Below are positions 1-12,829 of a stretch of 64,000 bases of DNA, one piece after another. The first letter of the stretch is position 1, and each line of letters starts with the position of its first letter. The notes under the pieces are model-generated. The model was not told the DNA's origin, searched no databases, and saw nothing but the letters and a program-made list of their open reading frames with translations. The position numbers were made by a program, and so were the translations under genes. Source of the DNA: Macrostomum lignano (Eukaryota); contig NIVC01003090.1 of the NCBI GenBank assembly GCA_002269645.1, forward strand, positions 56,148-120,147, given 5' to 3'.

Positions 1-619
1 TTTGACACATTTTTCTCTTCTGGTAGCTTCTTCTTGCCCCATCTTCTAAAAGACGGTTTAGCGTAGAGAGGAAAAGAGTTTTCTGGCGCTACTGTTTGTT
101 ATTGTTGAGAGCGGGAGGGCCGTGTCGCGTCCCAATTCTCCCAACTGTTTACCGATCCCATTGCCTCGCTTTTTCTGGCACCGCTGAAAACCACTTTGTA
201 GCCAAAAATTCTTGGCGGTGGTGATTTTCACTCGCCGCTAATGAGGATGGTGTCTGTCCTCCCCTTTGCAAATTCTGCTTTTAATGAAATTGCAGCCAAA
301 GTGACGGCTCCTAGCGGTCCTGCCTTTACTTCCCTGCTTTGGCTGCGTCTTCTTATCCTTTTTTTCTGCGGCAAATGAGAGAGGCCTCTTCTGCCCTCCG
401 CCTCCCCGCCATCCTAACTATCACCTCTTGTTGCCTCTTGTTGTTCGTCTCTGTGTAAACACACACAGCTTCTGCAGCAGCAGCAGTATTATAGAGTGCG
501 ACTATAACAAGCTCGTATCCCTATCTATCTGTAGCACACTTTGCCTGCAGCAGTCCGCCCTTCTATACAAATAAGATGTTCGTTTCTCTCCCACTACCAA
601 ATTGGCCCTCGATGCTGAT

Positions 620-3300
620 TTCTGTCACCTTAATTAGGGAGACCTGAAGGGGTTGTACGCGTTTTAATGGGTGTGCTGAGGGTGTGATAAATGTATATAT
701 TTACACTATATTTGCACAGAGACTTTTGCATTCCCTCCCCCCACCAAGAGGTTCGACCTTGTCCTAGCAAAATAACCGTGTGTTGGGGCGAGCCTTGTGC
801 TGAATAAACAGTTTGTCAATGCTTTTTACTACACAATTTACAGCCATGCTGTACCCCCTGCCCGCTTATTGCATGCAGACCAGATGCCCAGAATCCCAAC
901 ACTGTTAGTCCAAGGAACATTTCGCTTAACTTTTTTCTACAACTAATTATGCATGCTGCTTTTTCATATAGTGCTGATATATAATGTTTAGGCATACTTT
1001 GAAGACTGATCCAGGGGTCGTTATGGCTGCGCAAGGGTCCTAATGAGTCTGGAGGAAGGTTCTAATGAGTCTGGAGGGAGGGAGGGAAGGTTCTAATGAG
1101 TCTGGAGGGAGGGAGGGAGGGTTCTAATGAGTCTGGAGGGAGGGAGGGAAGGTTCTAATGAGTCTGGAGGGAGGGAGGGAAGGTTCTAATGAGTCTGGAG
1201 GGAGGGAGGGAAGGTTCTAATGAGTCTGGAGGGAGGGAGGGAAGGTTCTAATGAGTCTGGAGGGAGGGAGGGAAGGTTCTAATGAGTCTGGAGGGAGGGA
1301 GGGAAGGTTCTAATGAGTCTGGAGGGAGGGAGGGAAGGTTCTAATGAGTCTGGAGGGAGGGAGGGAAGGTTCTAATGAGTCTGGAGGGAGGGAGGGAAGG
1401 TTCTAATGAGTCTGGAGGGAGGGAGGGAGGGTTCTAATGAGTCTGGAGGGAGGGAGGGAGGGTTCTAATGAGTCTGGAGGGAGGGAGGGAAGGTTCTAAT
1501 GAGTCTGGAGGGAGGGAGGGAAGGTTCTAATGAGTCTGGAGGGAGGGAGGGAAGGTTCTAATGAGTCTGGAGGGAGGGAGGGAAGGTTCTAATGAGTCTG
1601 GAGGGAGGGAGGGAGGGTTCTAATGAGTCTGGAGGGAGGGAGGGAAGGTTCTAATGAGTCTGGAGGAAGGGAGGGAGGGTTCTAATGAGTCTGGAGGGAG
1701 GGAGGGAAGGTTCTAATGAGTCTGGAGGAAGGGAGGGAAGGTTCTAATGAGTCTGGAGGAAGGGAGGGAGGGTTCTAATGAGTCTGGAGGGAGGGAGGGA
1801 AGGTTCTAATGAGTCTGGAGGGAGGGAGGGAAGGTTCTAATGAGTCTGGAGGGAGGGAGGAGGGTTCTAATGAGTCTGGAGGGAGGGGAGGGTTCTAAAG
1901 AGTCTGGAGGGTTCTGGAGGGTTCGTGAGTTCTAGAGACAGAAGTGGGTCAAGAACTCCCAAGTGCGTCATGTGAGGTGCCGATATCAAGGGTTTGCTTT
2001 AAGTTTGCAGACTCAATGGTCCACTCTGATTTGAGGCATGGAACTTCACCACGCCGCACCCTCCACTGTCAATTTAAATCTTCATCAGACGCTGACACGC
2101 GCTACGCTGACTGGGCCCAAGCGTGAGCAAACACACCTGGAGTTGATGACTCGGTGTGAAAGTGAGTATAGCTAATTGAGGTGTTTAGTCCATTGATAGC
2201 TAACATACTAAGCCTCACTGACTGAGTGAGCGATCGAGGTGGGAAATTTATCAGTGGCTTCTTCTCGAATTCCCTAACCGTGGGAGAGCTGGGGAGTTGC
2301 TCGGGCTGGTTCCGTTAGCTGTGTTGAAAAAAATTAAAGCCACTTCCTTTTTGCGCGCTCGTTTCTCTCCCTCTCATCTCTTTATCCTCTTCAGCTTGGG
2401 GGGAAATTGGTTGTCTGCTTTACCTTCTTTGCGCCGTGTGTTGAGACCTTCTTTTCTCAACAGCAGTGGCTAAGTGGCCTCTTCACCTGTGCTATAGCGG
2501 TTAGCAACTGAAGCCGCCGCTGCCGCCATCTTCTTTATATACAAGCCTATTTCATTTTCCCACCCTAATGCCAATAAATACTGAGACTGCTCACGTAATG
2601 AGGCTGTGAGGATGCTGGGTAATGATGAGGATGGTGATGATGATGGGATACTATGTCTATATACATTGCAACCAACTTGTCCCAGCGGGGAGCTCCATAG
2701 CTGACGGGCTGCGCTATTGTCTGCAGTTTTGAAGATTTGAAAACTATTTTCAAGAGCGCTAAAAGATGACGGCTGTGTAGAGTATAATGTCCCTCGTAGG
2801 ACTCCCATCAAATCTGATTTGCTTCAACTTGTTTTCCCCTACATCTCACCGGACACGCACAATGATGCGGGAGCTGGGGGCTACAATGAAGGATTGGGAC
2901 GAGGAGAGAGGGAACTGATGGAGAATAAATAGGAGGCTGGACATGCACCTTGACAGCCTTTGACATGCGTATATAAGTATAGTGATTGGGGGCATCAGTC
3001 ACGCCTGGGTGAGCGCGACAGTCGAACGACAGCTTCTGCTCGAGTCCTCCAATCTACCTGTGCTCGGGTCAAGCAGATTAGCTCAGCGAGCTCCGTCTCC
3101 ATCTAGCTCGGATGGAATTCGCTTTGTGCTTGTGGAATAATTGAGTTCCATGCATCCATTTTTTTCAAACCCCTCCATGCCCGCAGTTATATGCTCGCCA
3201 AAACTTCGCTTCAAGGTGGACAAAAGAATTTTCATACTTCATTAGACAATTTCGCTTTTCCATAAGTTGGCAAATATGCGTAGGTTAATCCTCTTACCGT
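620..3300 (-). mobile_element. Possible highly decayed non-LTR retrotransposon (gag-like ORF1 plus APE endonuclease remnants), interrupted by the 31-bp array
   Basis: Only broken motif resemblances, but in the expected order on the minus strand: knuckle-like CPVRCRG (~2840), LSMLAINGL (~2200; like APE xNxNGL), RVRRGEV (~2050; like RGGGV), VLG-F-A (~900; like GDFNA) and PSAHPL (~670; like SDH-P). Many stops and frameshifts. Confidence 0.25.
1040..1915. repeat. 31-bp G-rich tandem array (GGTTCTAATGAGTCTGGAGGGAGGGAGGGAA)n, roughly 27-28 copies
   Basis: Period of 31 read directly (TTCTAATGAG at 1091 and 1122). Confidence 0.95.
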
Positions 3301-3461
3301 GCGAGTGACCTTAAATACAACTGGCCTTTTAATTATGTGGGTTGAGTAGCATTGCTCTTTGCGTCATGGAGACTGGTGCTGCGCCTAGCGAAGCCGCTTC
3401 ATCTGGAACTGGCTCGGTCTGGATTGAGAACAGCTGGTTGAGTCTGGTCTCAGAATTGTCT

Positions 3462-3850
3462 CATGACAGAATGATCGGTCATGACAGAATGATTTCATGA
3501 CAGAATGAGCTCATGACAGAATGATCTCATGACAGAATGAACTCATGACAGAATGATTTCATGACAGAATGATTTCATGACAGAATGAGCTCATGACAGA
3601 ATGATCTCATGACAGAATGAGCTCATGACAGAATGATCTCATGACAGAATGAGCTCATGACAGAATGATCTGATGACAGAATGATCTCATGACTGAGTTA
3701 TGATATCATGACTGAGTTATGATCTCATGACTGAGTTATGATCTCATGACTGAGTTATGATCTCATGACTGAGTTATGATCTCATGACTGAGTTATGATC
3801 TCATGAAGTAATGATCTGATGACAGAATGATCTCATGACAGAATAATCTC
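3462..3850. repeat. Composite minisatellite: 16-bp (ATCTCATGACAGAATG)n with an embedded 19-bp (GACTGAGTTATGATCTCAT)n block
   Basis: 16-bp period at 3481/3497/3513 and 19-bp period at 3721/3740. Both units share the TCATGA core. Confidence 0.9.
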
Positions 3851-5103
3851 ATTAAAGTCCCATAAAAGCTTTATATAAAAATTAGTAAAATTTGCAGCAG
3901 AATTTGCCCACTTTTTCACCTTTTAACTAACAGCTAACGGAAGAAGAAATAATAGACCAAAGTGGCCGTGTCCGCACTCGCTCGCACCCCTCGCGGCTGA
4001 ATACAATACTCACTCCTCCGGGCAGACTTCTCGCTTGAGTAGGAGAGTTATAAATAAAAAAGGATATTTAAAGAGAGCTGCGTGCAAATATCACTGAAGC
4101 TCTTTGAAAGCGAAGTTTGGCAAACACTCCAGATAAGAAGCCTCTACCTTGCTCACTGCTTCTCTATGAGCTTCCCCTAACAACTTCGGGTGAGATCTTT
4201 AGAAACAGTTTGAGTTCTTCCAGCCCTCGACGGTTGAAGGAGCTCCGACCTCCGCGGTGTGCACCTACTTGAAGCCATAGTCAACCGCGCGAGCCCGAGG
4301 GTCGACCCCCCACGCCTGTTTTTCCTCTCATTATTAGCAAACTAGTTCGCAATAATAAACTTATGATAGCTAAAACACTCTTTGTAACCGTGCAGAGCCA
4401 CTTCTGCTGACTGCTAGGACCACTGCGCTGCTGATACGGCTCTCAACTTCACCCTAAACCCTTGAAGACGACATTCGAGTGGATTGATTAACCTATTGGA
4501 TTAAAACTTTTTACAGCAATGAATAGGAAGGATTTTTCAGAACCTGACTGACTACCAATGTCCATCTCCAGCCTCCCCTGTTCCGTCATCCGCCAGCCCC
4601 CCCCCCGTGTCACCGCTCCCGTTGATTCTGCCGCCTCTTCGCGGGCAAGAAAATGTTTACTAAACTCTCCCGATGGGAGGCCCGGCCGCGCGCCCAGCCT
4701 CCTCCGCCATCAGCCGCGGTGCCCCAATTGGGCGCTGCCGACACGGAGGGATCAGTTCTCGGCTAAGATCCCCAACCCATGGGCAAAACCAATCCAATCA
4801 GTCCCCTGAATATTATTCTTCCCCTTGCCACCCCTAAAAACACTCTTTCCCCTTGCTGGCGTTTCTCCCCTATTTCCCCTTCACCCCTCCCCCTCCCCAA
4901 CCCCGGCCGCCCACCCCACGCCAGAAGAATCATTTTTTCTGGGGCAAGAAAAATAGAAAGGCTAAGAGAGCAGAAGCTTAGACGGATCCTGAGGGGGAAG
5001 AAAAAGTCAAACAGGAGCCACCAGGCAGACAGTTCGGCGCCAAGGATAAAAATATTTCCGAGCAGTCAGCAAACTCTTCCCAATTCCAACAAATCAACAA
5101 AAC

Positions 5104-6495
5104 ATGTCGGTCGCCTCCTCAGCCGAGAGCGCTTCCGCCGGGAAGTCTGCAGCAGCCGCCGCCGGCGCCACCGCCGCTGCCACCACCTCCTTGTTTTTCT
5201 CGCCGCCTGCCGACTTGGCCGAGGACTACAGCGGCGACAGCAGCTGCGACGAAGAATTCTCCGCGGCAGCGGCGGCGGCTGCGGCTGCAGCTGCGGCTGC
5301 TTCAACTTCCGCATCAGCAGATGCAGACTCCGACGAGGACGCTGAGCTTGAGCTGGCATCGCAGCAGCCGCAGGAGCAGCAGCCGCAGCAGCAGCAGCAG
5401 AAGCGGCGCGGGCATCACGTGAAGCCGCCTTACAGCTACATCGCCCTCATCACCATGTCGATCCTGCAGTCGCCGGAGCGCAAGCTCACGCTCAGCGGAA
5501 TCTGCGAATTCATCATCAATCGATTCCCGTACTACAAAGAGCGGTAGGCTATTTCTTAGAAACACTACAGTTTCCATTGTGTTTCTGGTGTTTACTCTAC
5601 ACTGTATATAAATGTATAAAACCTTCACTCCGAACGCAGGTTCCCTGCCTGGCAGAACAGCATCAGGCACAATCTGTCTCTGAACGACTGCTTCGTGAAG
5701 ATCCCCAGGGAGCCGGGCAACCCGGGCAAGGGCAACTACTGGACGCTGGACCCACAGTCCGAGGACATGTTCGACAATGGCAGCTTCCTGCGCCGGCGGA
5801 AGCGCTACAAGCGGCAGACGCAGCCCGACCTTTACTTCCCCATTGCCGCCTCTGCCGCCTCGTTTATGGCAGCCAATTCGCATGTCGGCATGTCGCATCC
5901 GCCGCCGCCGCCTCCGCTGCCGCCTCCGCCGCCTCCGCCGCCTCTGGGCCTGTTTCCCGCGGCAGCGGCAGCAGCGGCAGCAGCGGCGGCCGCCGCTTTT
6001 CACAGTCGCAGCCAAAGTTCGCCTCATCATTCCCAGCAGCAGCAGCCGCCTCCGCCGCAAATGTCGAATCCGCCGACTCGACATCCCCCGACAAGCCTCC
6101 TGCCGGGCCTCGGGCCCCTTCTAGCCGGCCTGCCAAATCATCCGCTCAACCTCAGCCTGAGCCATCACAGCCAGCATCCCCAGAGCCAGCCTCATCAACA
6201 GCAGCAGCCGGCATCTCCACAGCAGCAGCAGCGGCGGAGGCGCCGGAGCGGCTCTCCCGGGTTCACCATCGACAGCCTCATCAGCGGCGGCGGCAGCAGC
6301 AGCGCCTGCAAGCGCCAAACATCGTCGTCAAGTTCCTCGCCGCCGCGCCAGGCGCCTCCGCCGGCACTTTCGGCGCCTTTCCTACCGCCGCCGCCGCCGC
6401 CGCCTCCGTATCAGCACCCGCCGTTCGATCTGGAAGCCTACCATCGCCTGCTGCGCAGCGGCGCCTTCCTGCCGCCACCGACTTGGATTCGCTGA
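5104..6495 (+). CDS. FoxD: Forkhead box D transcription factor, 2 exons (5104-5543, 5640-6495), 431 aa
   Basis: The spliced forkhead domain [99 protein letters not shown] matches FoxD-class signatures. There is a 96-bp phase-2 GT..AG intron (5544-5639), an eh1-like motif FTIDSLI at 6262-6282, and acidic N-terminal and Pro/Ala/Gln-rich tracts. Confidence 0.95.
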
Positions 6496-6954
6496 ACTGC
6501 TCGGATAAAATTCTCTGCTTTGCCAGTGCCGCCGCTCTGTACATCTTGAATATTCTACAGTATAAAACGACATTTCTAATGCTAAGAAAAAAACTGTTTT
6601 TCCTTCGGTTAATTTCTTATATAAATGATTTGTCAGGGCTTTGTGGAATAGCTTAATATGGTCTCTGCTTGTGCTCGTGTCTCTTTTCCATGTACCTTAA
6701 TTACTGTTATTGTTATTATTGTCTATTAATATGATTTGCCTAATGTTAAATTTTCCTTGCTACCTGTACGAACGACTGCAGGCTGATCCGTTCCAGTTGT
6801 TTTTTTTTAGAAAACGAGACTCAAATATGAAATAGCAACAGCCATTGGATATAGCGTGTTCTGCATTAGCGAGTATTGATTACCATGGATTCTATATAGT
6901 TGATTTACCATTCTGCTTGCTAAACTGTAACTGTTTAATGTATGCGTGAAGTTC

Positions 6955-6960
6955 AATAAA
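6955..6960 (+). promoter_or_regulatory. Candidate polyadenylation signal of FoxD
   Basis: AATAAA about 460 nt downstream of the stop in an AT-rich 3' region, followed by T-rich sequence. Confidence 0.5.
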
Positions 6961-7099
6961 ATGTGCGCATAAGTTTCCTTTGTCCATTCTTTTGGAGTTC
7001 GCTGTCGCCTTGTTAAATGGAAGATTGACTTTGAGTGTCTTGTTACCCCTCTCAGTGCTATTGCATTGCATTACCCCTCTCAGTACTCGCTGAGGCTGT

Positions 7100-8090
7100 C
7101 CTCTATCTGTCTTCTATCTGTCTTCTATCTGTCTTCTATCTGACTTGTATATGTCTTCTATCTGTCTTCCATCTGTCTTCGATCTGACTTTTATCTGTCT
7201 TTTATCTGTCTTCTATCAGTCTTCTATCTGTCTTCTATCTGTCTTTTATCTGTCTTCTATCTGTCTTCTATCTGTCTTTTATCTGACTTGCATCTGTCTT
7301 CTGTCTTCTATCTGTCTTCTATCTGTCTTCTATCTGTCTTCTATCTGTCTTCTATCTGTCTTTTATCTGACTTGCATCTGTCTTCTGTCTTCTATCTGTC
7401 TTCTATCTGTCTTCTATCTGTCTTCTATCTGTCTTCTATCTGTCTTCTATCTGTCTTCTATCTGTCTTCTACCTGTCTTCTATCTGTCTTCTATCTGTCT
7501 TTTATCTGACTTGCATCTGTCTTCTGTCTTCTATCTGTCTTCTATCTGTCTTCTATCTGTCTTCTATCTGTCTTTTATCTGACTTGCATCTGTCTTCTGT
7601 CTTCTATCTGTCTTCTATCTGTCTTCTATCTGTCTTCTATCTGTCTTTTATCTGACTTGCATCTGTCTTCTGTCTTCTATCTGTCTTCTATCTGTCTTCT
7701 ATCTGTCTTCTATCTGTCTTTTATCTGACTTGCATCTGTCTTCTGTCTTCTATCTGTCTTCTATCTGTCTTCTATCTGTCTTTTATTTGTCTTTTATCTG
7801 TCTTCTATCTGTCTTCTATCTGTCTTCTATCTGTCTTTTATCTGACTTGCATCTGTCTTTTATCTGTCTTCTATCTGTCTTCTATATGTCTTCTATATGT
7901 CTTCTCTCTGTCTTCTATCTGTCTTCTATCTGACTTGCATTTGTCTTCTGTCTTCTATCTGTCTTCGATCTGACTTGCATTTGTCTTCTGTCTTCTATCT
8001 GTCTTCGATCTGACTTGCATTTGTCTTCTGTCTTCTATCTGTCTTCGATCTGACTTGCATTTGTCTTCTGTCTTCTATCTGTCTTCTATT
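7100..8090. repeat. 11-bp tandem array (CTATCTGTCTT)n with a recurring TTTATCTGACTTGCATCTGTCTTCTG higher-order interruption
   Basis: Direct reading. It produces the SSICLLSVFYL artefact ORFs. Confidence 0.95.
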
Positions 8091-8399
8091 TGTATTGTAT
8101 CTGTCTTCGATCGTCTTTTACGAACCACGTCTATCTTTCTTTTCTTCATCTTTCACCAGTCTTCTACCCAATCTTCTATCAGTTTTCTCTTTTCCCATTA
8201 TTTAACTTTCGCGTCATTGCATTGCTTGATCCACAGAATCAATTCAGTCTCAAACGGCTTATTGCCTTAAACGCTAGATTAGTTCTGTGCAACTGAAAAA
8301 AAAACAAAAAAGTTACAGCAAATTAAAAATAACACTACGAAACTTTTTTTAGAAATTGTTTTTCCTCCCGGCATGACATGCCTGACTTCTTGCATGAAG

Positions 8400-9830
8400 A
8401 TAGTAGCTATTCGCCATAGACAGTAGCTATTCGCCATAGACAGTTGCTATTCGCCATAGACAGTTGCTATTCACCATAGACAGTAGCTATTCACCATAGA
8501 CAGTAGCTATTCACCATAGACAGTTGCTATTCGCCATAGACAGTTGCTATTCACCATAGACAGTAGCTATTCACCATAGACAGTTGCTATTCGCCATAGA
8601 CAGTAGCTATTCGCCATAGACAGTTGCTATTCACCATAGACAGTAGCTATTCACCATAGACAGTTGCTATTCGCCATAGACAGTAGCTATTCGCCATAGA
8701 CAGTAGCTATTCACCATAGACAGTAGCTATTCACCATAGACAGTTGCTATTCGCCATAGACAGTTGCTATTCGCCATAGACAGTAGCTATTCACCATAGA
8801 CAGTTGCTATTCGCCATAGACAGTAGCTATTCGCCATAGACAGTTGCTATTCACCATAGACAGTAGCTATTCACCATAGACAGTTGCTATTCGCCATAGA
8901 CAGTAGCTATTCGCCATAGACAGTAGCTATTCGCCATAGACAGTAGCTATTCGCCATAGACAGTAGCTATTCGCCATAGACAGTTGCTATTCACCATAGA
9001 CAGTAGCTATTCACCATAGACAGTTGCTATTCGCCATAGACAGTAGCTATTCGCCATAGACAGTAGCTATTCACCATAGACAGTAGCTATTCGCCATAGA
9101 CAGTAGCTATTCGCCATAGACAGTTGCTATTCACGATAGACAGTAGCTATTCACCATAGACAGTAGCTATTCGCCATAGACAGTAGCTATTCGCCATAGA
9201 CAGTAGCTATTCGCCATAGACAGTTGCTATTCACCATAGACAGTAGCTATTCACCATAGACAGTTGCTATTCGCCATAGACAGTAGCTATTCGCCATAGA
9301 CAGTAGCTATTCGACATAGACAGTAGCTATTCGCCATAGACAGTAGCTATTCGCCATAGACAGTAGCTATTCGCCATAGACAGTAGCTATTCGCCATAGA
9401 CAGTAGCTATTCGCCATAGACAGTAGCTATTCGCCATAGACAGTAGCTATTCGCCATAGACAGTAGCTATTCGCCATAGACAGTAGCTATTCGCCATAGA
9501 CAGTAGCTATTCGCCATAGACAGTAGCTATTCGCCATAGACAGTAGCTATTCGCCATAGACAGTAGCTATTCGCCATAGACAGTAGCTATTCGCCATAGA
9601 CAGTAGCTATTCGCCATAGACAGTAGCTATTCGCCATAGACAGTAGCTATTCGCCATAGACAGTAGCTATTCGCCATAGACAGTAGCTATTCGCCATAGA
9701 CAGTAGCTATTCGCCATAGACAGTAGCTATTCGCCATAGACAGTAGCTATTCGCCATAGACAGTAGCTATTCGCCATAGACAGTAGCTATTCGCCATAGA
9801 CAGTAGCTATTCGCCAAAGACAGTAGCTAT
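8400..9830. repeat. 20-bp tandem array (CAGTAGCTATTCGCCATAGA)n, about 70 copies
   Basis: Exact 20-bp register across the 60-nt lines. Variants TAG/TTG and CG/CA occur mainly in the left two-thirds. Confidence 0.97.
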
Positions 9831-9876
9831 TTTCAAGAGCACGCTGTGCGAATGATAATTATCTCTATTCGGTATC

Positions 9877-9907
<31 letters not shown>

Positions 9908-10884
9908 CCACCCTCTATAGGAATCGGGTGATCCAAACTCGAGTCCAAAGCGGATAATTAGGGCGTCCTCCTAATACTGTGCAATACGGGCTGTCGCGTG
10001 TTACTGACAAACAAGTGAAACAAGTGAGACGCACACAATGCCAATGCTAGTAAGATGAGAGTTTGACAGGGCAGGTCAAACAAGTGAACAAGGCTACTGA
10101 AGTCCCGACCTCATTCTTCACTCGTCCAGATTCGCTCCATTGAAAAGTCGGAATCGATCGCTCAATCAGTTCGCACCATCTACACCATGCACCCCGGGCC
10201 TGTTTGGCGGGAAATTATGCTGGCAGAAATTATTCCAAAAGAGGAAGAGGGGACAAAGACCACAAAATCAAGACTGAGAACCAAACTGGAACCAAAGGTA
10301 AATCATATATTGATAGTTGAAGGTTATAAACGAGTCAATTTGACAGGAAAGTTGACAAAAACTTGACAAAGAAGCTCTTTAAGAACCTGCGCGCTATACA
10401 GTTGTGCAAAGCGCGGCGCTGTGTTTGAAGTTTTCAAGTGTTCGCGGCGCCTCTCGAGATTCCAGCTATTACAGTATATTGAACTGATTGGCCTGCCGCA
10501 GCAGACCGCGCACAACCCCCACTTAGCAGAAGGGTCAAAATCACCTAATTGACCATTTTAATTGCGCGCAGGGTGTTTTAGGGGTGGGGGTGGGTGGCCT
10601 CCGTCACACTTCCTAACTGTCCGGAAATGATCGCTATTGCATAAACTGTACGATAATTATTACTCCATTTTGGAACTGTTTCAGTTGCAGTTTTATTGCC
10701 GTAAGCCTTATGGCTTATAGTCTTCGCTGGACCGCTCGCTGTGACAATCATAAAACTGTCCTTTCGGGGTCTTCCTTAGGGGGGCCCCCGACTTTCTCTC
10801 CGTTTATAAGGGCCTGCCTTTTCTAAGAAATATATTTACAGTTTTCTCTTCGCTGGGAGCAGCGCCTTCTGCGGATATTGTCCC

Positions 10885-12055
10885 AATCCGAGTATGGCGC
10901 CCCCAAATCCGAGTATGGTGCCCCACGGTCCAAGTATGGCGCCCCCGGCCCAAGTATGGCGCCCCCGGTCCAAGTATGGCGCCCCCGGTTCAAGTATGGC
11001 GCCCCTGGTCCAAGTATGGCGCCCCGGTCCAAGTATGGCGCCCCGGTCCAAGTATGGCGCCCCTGGTCCAAGTATGGCGCCCCCCCCCCCGATTCAATTA
11101 TGGAGCCCCCGGTCCGGTCCAAGTATGGCGCCCCGGTCCAAGTATGGCGCCCCGGTCCAAGTATGGCGCCCCGGTCCAAGTATGGCGCCCCGGTCCAAGT
11201 ATGGCGCCCCTGGTCCAAGTATGGCGCCCCCCCCCCGATTCAATTATGGAGCCCCCGGTCCGGTCCAAGTATGGCACCCCCAGTCCAAGAATGGCGCCCC
11301 GGTCCAAGGATGGCGCCCCCGGTCCAAGAATGGCGCCCCGGTCCAAGTATGGCGCCCCCGGTCCAAGTATGGCGCCCCTGGTCCAAGTATGGCGCCCCCG
11401 GTCCAAGTATGGCGCCCCGGTCCAAGTATGGCGCCCCCGGTCCAAGTATGGCGCCCCTGGTCCAAGTATGGCGCCCCCGGTCCAAGTATGGCGCCCCTGG
11501 CCCAAGTATGGCGCCCCCGGTCCAAGTATGGCGCCCCCGGTTCAAGTATGGCGCCCCTGGTCCAAGTATGGCGCCCCGGTCCAAGTATGGCGCCCCGCTC
11601 CAAGTATGGCGCCCCTGGTCCAAGTATGGCGCCCCCCCCCCCCGATTCAATTATGGAGCCCCCGGTCCGGTCCAAGTATGGCACCCCCAGTCCAAGAATG
11701 GCGCCCCGGTCCAAGGATGGCGCCCCCGGTCCAAGAATGGCGCCCCGGTCCAAGTATGGCGCCCCCGGTCCAAGTATGGCGCCCCTGGTCCAAGTATGGC
11801 GCCCCCGGTCCAAGTATGGCGCCCCCGGTCCAAGTATGGCGCCCCCGGTCCAAGTATGGCGCCCCTGGTCCAAGTATGGCGCACCTCAATCCGAGTATGG
11901 CGCCCTCCCCCCGATTCAAGTATGGCGCCCCCGGTCCAAGTATGGCGCCCCTGGTCCAAGTATGGCGCCCCCCAATCCAAGTATGGCGCCCCCCCCCCAA
12001 TCCGAGTATGGCGCCCCCAGTCCAAGTATGGCGCCCCCGGCCCAAGTACGGCGCC
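10885..12055. repeat. GC-rich 19-20-bp tandem array (CCAAGTATGGCGCCCC[C]GGT)n with higher-order duplication
   Basis: The unit is seen directly. The diagnostic block CGATTCAATTATGGAGCCCCCGGTCC recurs at about 11090, 11237 and 11643. Confidence 0.95.
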
Positions 12056-12829
12056 CACAGTGAAACTTTTCGCCACTTTTATTTTCAAAGAAAAAGCAGT
12101 GTCAACTTCTGCTCCTTGTTGCCTTTTTCACCAAATGCAGCAAAAAGGCTGGCTGGCTGACTGTCCACGCAGCAGCTTTGTCCGCTTTTCAGTTTAACAA
12201 AGGCATTTCCAATTTAGCCGGCTCGCCAGCTCAAATTAATAAAGTCGGCTCAAACCTGTATATATCGATGACACGCCTGATTTGCTCATAGTCAAGGGAT
12301 TCAATATTAAATTTCCCCACTCTCCCCCCGATTTCAGCGCTGACTGCACCAACTAATTGTTTTCCCATTGCTTTCAGGCGCGGCTCCCCGTTTTCTCCCG
12401 CTTCCCCCCTGCCCCCCTCCTACTCGGGGCCGCTTTGATTCAATTTGTCGAGTTTGAACGAAAATTCCTCGAAACCGAAGCAGCTCAGCCAAGGAGAGCT
12501 AAAACTGGAGTTCTGGATGAGACTGACTGCCGTGTGCTCAGTTTAGAGCTCTGCCAAAAATTGAAAACAAGGATGATAAAGTTCAAAGTAAAAAAAAGTG
12601 ATGTCTCTACCCTACCCTTTACACTGCTGAGTCTCTGCAGAACTCTGCAGACTCCGCGATTACAGATTTACTCAACTTTGAAAACTGATTAAAGTCTTGA
12701 AATCCCAAGCATCTCAATGATTATAAAAGTATTGATACTTTAAATTAAATATGAATTGCAGAAAATACGGAACTCAAATGTCATCCAGCTTAGAAAAAAT
12801 AATTGGGTAGAAGATAATTATAAGGATTT

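Noticed and set aside
5066-6656. Overlapping alternate-frame and antisense ORFs over FoxD (e.g. 5314-6084 minus, 5577-6656 plus)
   Set aside because: These are shadow ORFs expected from GC-rich, triplet-repeat coding DNA, with no recognisable domains.
10823-12197. Long Pro/Gly-rich ORFs (up to 439 aa) in all frames
   Set aside because: They arise from a 19-20-bp unit lacking stop codons. The frames shift with C-run length, and there is no splice or domain support.
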